DNA from: Eledone cirrhosa
Taxonomy: Eukaryota
Reading direction: 5' to 3'
DNA: 64,000 bases
Assembly (NCBI GenBank): GCA_964016885.1
Contig: OZ024753.1
Location: 10,540,001-10,604,000, forward strand
Numbering within the stretch: position 1 is the first letter of the stretch; each line of letters begins with the position of its first letter. Below are positions 54,827 through 64,000 of this stretch, piece by piece. The notes beneath the pieces are model-generated. The model searched no databases. It was not told the DNA's origin and saw nothing but the letters and a program-made list of their open reading frames with translations. The position numbers were made by a program, and so were the translations under genes.

Positions 54827-55142
54827 TAATATAGATCAATTTTATAAACAAATATTGACATACCTTTAAAGAATGCAACCATGTCGGTTGGAAGCTCCCG
54901 GATATATATATATATATATATGACGCAATTTCTAGTGATTAGCGGCCTTTAGACTCACCTGATCAATGAAACAATTGTTAATACTGTAAATAAAACCCTT
55001 TTTGTACAGCCGACCATGTTATTCTTCACTCTTTCACTACTATTACTCCAAGAATAACCTGTATGGGAATTCTCGCAAACTCGCTACCTAACTAAGGGAA
55101 CCTCTTATTGAGTCAAACAACGCCGTACGTTAAAACTATCCA

Positions 55143-55322
55143 TAATTGTTTCTACTTTAGGCACAAGGCCAGCAATTACCCAGTGCATTACTGGTACTTT
55201 ATTTTATCGACCCCGTAAGGATGAAAGGCAAAGTCAACCTCGGCAGGATTTAAACTCAGATCGTAAAAGGACGTAACTATGCTGGAAAGCATGGCGTCCG
55301 ACCCTCCACCGATACTGCCAAT
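55143..55322 (-). mobile_element. Family-A SINE with a 14-bp TSD
   Basis: GTTAAAACTATCCA at 55129 and 55328. Confidence 0.9.
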
Positions 55323-55397
55323 TTAAAGTTAAAACTATCCACAATACGGAGTACTCACAACCTCTAACTGTATTACCTCAAACGATAACTTGTTCTC

Positions 55398-55449
<52 letters not shown>

Positions 55450-55569
55450 ATGTAGGAGGTGAGTTTTATTGTAGTACAATAAAGCAATGCAGATATCGGA
55501 TAAGAATGATATGTTGATTTAAAACTGCACTATCTACAAGTGTTTTTTAACCTTCATATCATGTCTTCC

Positions 55570-55640
55570 TATTTTATCTGATGAAAACACAAATATTATT
55601 GCATGATGATGTTTGTTTTTGAAATGCGCATAATAAAATA
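55570..55640 (+). ncRNA. Type I hammerhead ribozyme, family of 5853
   Basis: TATTTTAT-CTGATGA-stem II-GAAA-TGCGCA-TA-ATAAAATA. Confidence 0.8.
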
Positions 55641-55668
55641 CATGGAACTCTTTTAACCATCTTTTGTT

Positions 55669-55727
<59 letters not shown>

Positions 55728-56097
55728 GAGGTGAGTTTTATTGTAGCATAATAAAGCAATGCAAATATCGCATAAACCTCATTAACTTTTAATTTTAAAA
55801 TCTTTTAAATTATCTATTATCTTCCAACGGCTTTTTAATTTCTCTCTGTGAGACAATATTTTTCTCAGTTGTAAAGGCTCTCTCTCTCTATCACCCATTT
55901 TTCCTCCTCCACCATCCTTCCTTCTTATACTCCTCCTCCACCATCCTTTACTCTTATTTCTTCCTCTTCCTTACCTTTTCCACCCACCCCCCTCACTTTT
56001 TCCCAATCTCATATATCCATCTTAATTTATTTTTTCATATGTTGATTTAAAACTTCACTGCTCACAAGTGCTTTTTAAGCTTCATATCATGTCTCCC

Positions 56098-56168
56098 TAT
56101 TTTATCTGATGAGAACGCAGATATCATCCCATGATGATATTTGTTTTTGAAATGCGCATAATAAAATA
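56098..56168 (+). ncRNA. Type I hammerhead ribozyme, tandem partner of 55570
   Basis: TATTTTAT-CTGATGA-GAACGCAGATATCATC/GATGATATTTGTTTTT-GAAA-TGCGCA-TA-ATAAAATA. Confidence 0.82.
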
Positions 56169-56198
56169 CTTGGAACTCTTTTAACCATCTTTTGATCT

Positions 56199-56260
<62 letters not shown>

Positions 56261-56553
56261 CAACCAGGTTTGATGGTCTTTATTCTCTCGTTCACGATTC
56301 CACCGAATTTATATTCATAGAAATCTGGAAGTGGTTTCCTTCTTCATCACTTTTTGCTGCTTAAACCATTTTGTTCGTTTACCCTAGCGTCCCCCTTATT
56401 TACGTGTCCCAACGACTTTTTTTTAGCCGTTGCTCGCACCAACCTGAGGTATATGGCCTTTAATGCGAAGAAATGCCTACGACGGTTGGATGGCCACTGA
56501 TGAGGACAAACTTTTTCATATGTAACCCATTTGCAGCGCCGCAGCTCCATTAT

Positions 56554-56633
<80 letters not shown>

Positions 56634-56795
56634 ATATATATTGTTATACTTTGGGAGGGTCATGTTGCCAATAAGAAATACACGCACCAGTTGCTTTCAC
56701 TTCAATTTATTATATATTTATAAATTTACAAATCTACAAACTTATAAATTTCTGGTTGGTTGGTTGGTTCCACAACCAGATAGTTGTTTATATAT

Positions 56796-56840
56796 AGTCA
56801 TAGTCCTTTCGTCACACACTCTGTGACCTCTTCAGTGACT
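56796..56840 (-). ncRNA. Degenerate minimal hammerhead
   Basis: AGTCA-CTGAAGA-GGTCACA/TGTGAC-GAAA-GGAC-TA-TGACT. Confidence 0.55.
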
Positions 56841-57076
56841 GGGGATTCCTTTCTTTGTTTCTGTGCCTTTCCTTTCTTCTGTCCTACGCCAATTTTCATG
56901 TATATATAATTATACACGTGAAGAGAAAATAGACAAAATATACCTATGTACTAACTTACGCGTATGTATATGTATTAGGTCGTGGGTGTTTAGTTGTACT
57001 TTATTTCTACATAAATCTACTAACACCTGACACTAGAAAAAAGGTGGGACCAGGCTGTTAGGGGTTGGGTTGCTGT

Positions 57077-57112
<36 letters not shown>

Positions 57113-57447
57113 AACATTTACTCCGCCATTGTTTGTTGTTATACCTGACTGTTCACAGTTTATAGATCAGGGATTGATTCACTAAAGACAGGAAGGTGAG
57201 GTGATTGCAAGGTGATACAGGAAATAGATATTAGACATTGAGACAGATTAACATATAATCACAGATGGATACACAATAATACACACATTAAAATGGAGAT
57301 TTTTATGAATACATAAATACACAATGTGAGGCTATACGTGTGTGTATGTTATATATATATATATATGTGTGTGTGTATACACGGCTAAATATATATATAT
57401 ATATATGTATACACTGCTAAATATATATATATATATGTATACACAGC

Positions 57448-57481
<34 letters not shown>

Positions 57482-57612
57482 GCTGTAGCTGTGTATACAT
57501 ATATATATATTTAGCTGTGTATACATATATAGATATATATATTTAGCAGTGTATACATATATATATATATTTAGCAGTGTATATATATATATATATATAT
57601 ATTTAGCAGTGT

Positions 57613-57651
<39 letters not shown>

Positions 57652-57658
57652 GCAGTGT

Positions 57659-57697
<39 letters not shown>

Positions 57698-57743
57698 GCA
57701 GTGTATACATATATATATATATATATATATAAGGTATACACAG

Positions 57744-57793
<50 letters not shown>

Positions 57794-57857
57794 ACACAGC
57801 TATATATATATATATGTATACACAGCTAAATATATATATATATATATGTATACACAG

Positions 57858-57889
<32 letters not shown>

Positions 57890-58304
57890 CTGTGTATATA
57901 TTTATATAAACATGAATATTTAATACATTTATATCTGCATGCATACATACATACATACATACATACATACATACATACATACATACATACATACATACAT
58001 ACATACATACATACAAAGTAGGTTACAGAAACTGCGTAAATATGTACATACATTTACATTTTTAGTATATACACATATATACACATATATACACATATAT
58101 ACACATATATACACATGTATACACATATATACATGCCAGACATAGGGGGTTTCTCTGTAAAAATGGGAAATACCTTAATCGATTAAAGGTTATTGATTAT
58201 CCTTTTATAAACTTACGGGGAATACTATTTGATATGTTTGTATATCTCTAAACCAATAACAATTGTTAATGTATCTATTTACGCATTCTCGACTAACTCT
58301 ATTC

Positions 58305-58434
58305 TGTCTCTCTCTCTCTCTCTCTTTCTTTCTCTCTCTTTCTTTCTCTCTCTTTCTCTCTCTTTCTTTCTTTTTCTCTCTCTCTCTTTCTCTCTCTCTC
58401 TCTTTCTTTCTCTCTCTCTCTCTTTCTTTCTTTT

Positions 58435-58514
<80 letters not shown>

Positions 58515-58712
58515 TCTCTCTCTCTTTCTCTCTTTCTCTCTATCTCTCTCTCTTTCTCTCTTTCTCTCTCTCTATCACTCTCTTTCTTTCTTTCTCTCTC
58601 TCTATCACTCTCTTTCTTTCTTTCTCTCTCTCTTTCTCTTTCTTTCTCTCTCTCTCTCTTTCTCTCTCTCTCTTTCTCTCTCTCTTTCTTTCTCTCTCTC
58701 TTTCTCTTTCTT

Positions 58713-58783
<71 letters not shown>

Positions 58784-58842
58784 CTCTCTCTTTCTCTTTC
58801 TTTCTCTCTTTCTCTCTATCTCTCTCTCTCTCTCTCTTTCTT

Positions 58843-58904
<62 letters not shown>

Positions 58905-58905
58905 T

Positions 58906-58950
<45 letters not shown>
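58305..58950. repeat. (CT)n/(CTTT)n polypyrimidine tract, about 650 bp
   Basis: Direct reading. Confidence 0.97.
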
Positions 58951-58966
<16 letters not shown>

Positions 58967-58997
58967 GTAATAATAATAAATTTGAGGGCTCGATAAG

Positions 58998-59050
58998 GAG
59001 TTTCAGAAGATCCCGTTAAGGGTGAAAGCAGCGATTCTTTGCTTAAACTT
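58998..59050 (+). ncRNA. Family F hammerhead-like fold (CAGAAGA core), best-preserved copy
   Basis: GAGTTT-CAGAAGA-TCCCGTTAAGGGT-GAAA-GCA..TGC-TT-AAACTT. Confidence 0.6.
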
Positions 59051-59293
59051 TAATCTGTTATTTTAATAAATATATATATATATATATAACGAAGGAAATG
59101 TGGTAAGGGACCAGATGGACCATAACGCACCAAAGTACTCAATACTTAGGGTAGTAGAGTGGGTAATAGGAACGAGTAGGACCCCGACGGCTGAGCTCAA
59201 ATTTTAGTCCAGAATTAGCCATCGAAACGGCTTGAGCTCAGCCGTCGGGGTCCTACTCGTTCCTATATATATATATATATATATACAAATATA

Positions 59294-60908
59294 AAATAGA
59301 TGTTCTTTTGATCAATTACATTTTATTATACATATTTCGGATGTACAACAGTACGTCCTCATCAGACAAAATATAATGATACATGACATACCCTGAGATG
59401 TTAAATGGTTAAGATTTAATCAAGGTAGTGATTAACCCAAGAGAAAATTCAACATTTATTTTCCTATCTAAGTTTTAAATTCTAGTTTAAATATCCAACC
59501 CTTTATATTTTTACGAAAATTATTTTTAACTGTGAATCTTTCATGTGTTTACATTTTCGATTACTTACTTATAATATGTATGTAGTTATCTTTTGTAAGT
59601 TTTTAAATATACCTACCGTATTTTTATATCCATGATTCAAATATAGAGCAAATATCCAAACTATAAATTATTATGGACCTTATTTTGAACTCTGAATTAT
59701 CCATGCATTTATTATTGTTTTTCTTATATATATATATGTGTATTTAACTGTAACACGTCGAAATCCTTTATATAAGATTATAATCGTTATCATTTACCTA
59801 AAGTATACTGTATCACTAATACTTAATATATATCTATATATACCTCCCTATATCCCTCCCTATATCCCGCTATACACCTCCTATATCTCTCTATACATAA
59901 TCTTTAGATAACTTCTAAATTTCTAGATTATTATTTATTTTGAACTATGAATAATTCATGCATTTACACCCTGTTATATATATATAGGTATCCATTTAAC
60001 TTTAGCATGCTTCAATCTATTACTTTATATTTGTTATCATTTACCTAAAATATACAGGCTCATTAATATATATCTATATACATAATCGTTATTTAAATAT
60101 TTCTAACAATAAGTACTTCATAAGCTTTATATACTGAAAATGTTGACATTTTTATAGATTATCTTCGTTAAAGTTTGCATTTAGGAAAATATTCAACAGT
60201 GTAAATTTTCCTTTCGCTGGCCAGGTAAATACTATGAAAATTCAGAAGTTTAGAAATGTTAACACACTTATAGAATTTATAAAATTAATAAATATAAATA
60301 ACCAGCAACTTTTTAAAAAAAACCTTACATCTTGATTCTTCACCCTAAAATAACATAAATTAAATATTTTGAGACTTAACCATTTAGCTTTTGGAAAAAA
60401 TCTCTTTCTGCATATATTACTCCCCTTTATCTTTCCCCTCTCTTTAAATCCTCTTTAAGCGGCCCTCATGGACTGTTATAATTCATGAGATGTTTCCCTA
60501 GATAAACATAACTTGTAATATCCTACATTTTAAAATCTCTATAGCTGTCACCTTAACCAACGTTTTTTCTTACTCACACATTCTCTATTGAATTTATTAC
60601 ATTTTCGCATTTTCTCATTAATAGGGTATACATGTTGAATTTTCTCTTGGGTTAATCACTACCTTGATTAAATCTTAACCATTTAACATCTCAGGGTATG
60701 TCATGTATCATTATATTTTGTCTGGTGAGGATGTACTGTTGTACCTCCGAAATATGTATAATAAAATGTAAATGATCAAAATAATATCTATTTAATTAAT
60801 ATTTGTATTTTAATATTAATAACTCTGGAAAATTATTTTTTCTGTAGAGTGCTTCCAATCTACTGTAAAACTCATTCTTTGATGTACTCATTGAATCTTG
60901 TTTAACTC

Positions 60909-60910
<2 letters not shown>
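59294..60910. mobile_element. About 1.6 kb element with ~160-bp inverted terminal repeats, each holding a hammerhead (Penelope-like architecture)
   Basis: Arms 59294-59455 and 60632-60793; minus HHR 59320-59372 (CTGATGA, intact); plus HHR 60715-60767 (CTGGTGA, mutated); TA-rich tracts on both sides. Confidence 0.72.
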
Positions 60911-60977
<67 letters not shown>

Positions 60978-61362
60978 CTACCATCCTAACAACAACCCAT
61001 TTCCGACCGATTCTTTAAGGCATTCACAGGGATAATCCCTTGATAATGGGTTTTTAAACCCGAAAATATTTTGGATAATTAAATTTGCTAAGGTAAAATG
61101 TTATCGTTGTCTTCTCACCTTTAATTTTCTAATGCATTGTATGGCTTTTAAAATTATTCAAATTTCCACAATGGAAAAAGAGATTAGCATTGACGTCAAT
61201 GCTTATCCTTTTTGCATTTTGTGGGTTTTTATACCTCCAACTATTAGGCTTAATTTATTTAGTCAAAAAACACTGCGGAAGCACTATTTTACTATCTAAT
61301 TTTCAAATTCTCCGCTCTTTGTAAACTAAGCTAAAGCTTTGTATCTTATATATATATATATT

Positions 61363-61424
<62 letters not shown>

Positions 61425-61428
<4 letters not shown>

Positions 61429-61629
61429 AAAAAGTATGACCTCGACGGCAGAGCTCAAGCTGTTTCGACGGCTATTTCTGGACTCAAATAGCCGTCCAGA
61501 AATAGACGTCGAAACGGCTTGAGCTCTGCCGTTGGGGTCATACTTTTTCCTATTTCCCACTCTACTACCCTAAGTATTGAGTACTCTGGTGCGTTATGGT
61601 CCATCTGGTTCCTTACCACATTTCCCTTG

Positions 61630-61630
<1 letters not shown>
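61425..61630 (+). mobile_element. Fold-back element with a hammerhead 3' half (family of 45561); also at 59088-59265 and 15812-15868
   Basis: GAAA-CGGC-TTGAGCTC.-GCCG-T followed by TATTGAGTACTCTGGTGCGTTATGGTCC..(TA)n. Confidence 0.7.
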
Positions 61631-61685
<55 letters not shown>

Positions 61686-62168
61686 TAGCATTCACACCCG
61701 GGCGGACGAGAACGAAAAACTTGTTGAAGTAAATTCCTTGTTCTATCTTCCAAAAACCATTAACTTGCAGACCCAGATCCCTGCAAGTGGATTTTTTCGA
61801 TTTCGGATTTACAGAAACCTAGCGGAGATATTATATATTATATGTGATGTATATTATATGGTATATATCATGTGTTGTGTATTATTTTGATCCTGAGTTC
61901 AGTTTTTTTCGTCGCTATGGTCACTGCGGACCGTCTATCAGTCGCTGTCTTCATATTTGCAAAGCTGTCTAAACGTAATGTTATGACTCTAGGGTATTAT
62001 ACCCTATTGAGTGCTTAGCTGCACACCGAGATTGCATTCGTTAGCTTGGCTGCAACCAGAGCTTCGATGATGCTGTACTAAATTGTATATATATTTTGGG
62101 TCGTCAGGTATGAAATTTGTAGAAATTTGTTTTGTTTTTCTACAAATTTCATACTTGATGACCCAATA

Positions 62169-62223
<55 letters not shown>

Positions 62224-62331
62224 TTTTATATATTGTTATTGCCTCCTCCCTATTGAGGACGCCTTGTTTTGTAAACTCCCCCCATTGTACTTGTCCCACT
62301 TTTGATGCCCTTGTGGCAAATAAAAGAAACA

Positions 62332-62370
<39 letters not shown>

Positions 62371-62726
62371 ATCACATAAGAAACGGAGAATCAGTGGTGC
62401 GACGAATTACAATCGTTTCTCTGGGACCAGCTCGAGCTGGTCACCAGAGAAACGATTGTAATATGTCTAATAAATTCCATTCGTCGCACCACTGATTCTC
62501 CGTTTCTTATGTGATATTATTCTCTGCTCTCTAAGAGCATCGAGTGCTCAAACGGTATACCGCTTACGGACGCTTTAAGCATCCCACGCCAATATTATAT
62601 TTTTTCATTTATATATATATAATTTTGAATAATATTAAAAATTCCAGGAAAACTTTTACTGTTGAGTGCTTCCAATCTATTGTAAAATTGTATTCGTTGA
62701 GTAATCAACGAACCATACTAATCTTT

Positions 62727-62776
<50 letters not shown>

Positions 62777-62862
62777 GTAGGTCCCGGGTTGAGTCAGGGA
62801 TAACCACAGTAAGTAAGGTACTTAATACATGGCAGAGTAAATTTTTTTTTATTTTATAGAAG

Positions 62863-62915
62863 GAGCTTCTACAGGACTAGTACTGTTTCATTCAGATGAA
62901 ATCTTCAGGAAGCTC
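62863..62915 (-). ncRNA. Hammerhead ribozyme, family of 24041, inside a fold-back
   Basis: GAGCTTC-CTGAAGA-TTTCATCTGAAT-GAAA-CAG-TACTAGTC-CTG-TA-GAAGCTC. Confidence 0.75.
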
Positions 62916-62948
62916 GTAGAATGAAACAGTACTAGTCCTGTAGAAGCT

Positions 62949-62988
<40 letters not shown>

Positions 62989-63372
62989 CACAGAGAGAGA
63001 GGGGGAGGTAATATAAGATTATACTATATTTCGGTTGTTTTGCTCACAATTTAATATATGAATATATATATTTCACCTTTACTAGAATATCACTTGAATA
63101 TATAGACTCTCTCCTACCCAATCAATATTACTCCTAACATAGAAATATCCTCTTGAAATTTAACCTGAACCACCAATAACTTAAAACCATCTCAAAGGAC
63201 TAACTGAATCATAAATTTATCTTATTTCACTTCATTCTGTCACATTTTTCATTTCATTTTATCTCATTTCTATATTTCATATATTATATTTTGTCAAATA
63301 CAAACCAACGATGAATCTATAATATTTCATTTCATTTCGTTTCGTTTCATTCCATTTTATATATACTCTCTA

Positions 63373-63612
63373 CGCAGCATGGCCGAATGGTTAAAAGGAT
63401 CGCGTGTCATCTTGGGCAAGTGTCGTTTATCTTAGTCTCAGGTCGCCCCATGCTTTTTGAGTTATATTGCGTAAGCTAAAACTAGATGAAAGCTCGTCAG
63501 ATGATCTGAATTGAATCTGTAATTCAAAGGGCCAGCCTTGCTACACATTCTGCCATGCTGAATTTCCCTGGGAATACTGTTAAGAGAACTACTGCGTGCC
63601 TGTGAAATACTA
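63373..63612 (+). mobile_element. Old diverged CORE-type SINE
   Basis: TGGCCGAATGGTTAA head, TCTTGGGCAAGTGTC core. Confidence 0.5.
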
Positions 63613-64000
63613 TATATAACTCAGATCTATTATCAATACTAAGCTTATACCCGTTAATAAGAAGGGCCCCTTTGATCCGCATATTATCCACGTTTCTCTC
63701 AGTGGCTTCTGTCTTGATGGTGTAATGGTAGCGCCGACAGGAATTTGATCATAAATCCGCTTGTTTAAAGCTAATTACGAATTTAACAACAATATTAAAG
63801 GATAAAAATCTCTCAGTATTATGTTTGAATTTTAATAGAATAAATGTGAATCTCAAATCGGCTTATTTTCATTACCGTGTTGAATATTTATGAGTTGGCA
63901 CTGGAAATTAAACATCTCTAAAGACAGACTTAAGAGGACATATCACTAACGTAGAATCGTTATAATCGAAGTTTTTGCTATCATTTTCCGCCTGAAATAT

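Overview
AT-rich, microsatellite-saturated animal genomic DNA, most likely octopus/cephalopod (inferred from the SINE types, not confirmed). There is no intact long protein-coding gene, and nearly all ORF-track entries are simple-repeat artefacts. The window holds about 30 copies of a tRNA-derived SINE, several CORE-type SINEs, decayed RTE and CRE non-LTR fragments, pogo/piggyBac/hAT/Helitron-type non-autonomous elements, and more than 10 minisatellite arrays, several clearly amplified from retroelement pieces. The main signal is a dense set of short non-coding elements from several sequence families sitting in (TA)n tracts. They carry type I hammerhead ribozyme folds (about 20 whole or partial motifs read by eye), usually with palindromic stem-III loops, local fold-back inversions and a shared T(T/C)GAGT(A/G)C motif near the 3' end. 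This resembles Penelope-like pseudo-LTRs or retrozymes. Several have non-canonical cores (family-wide CAGAAGA, CCGANGA, and a compensatory UUGAUAA). A few small minus-strand exon candidates suggest the region may be intronic in a host gene. All folds and coordinates were read by eye, so boundaries are approximate.
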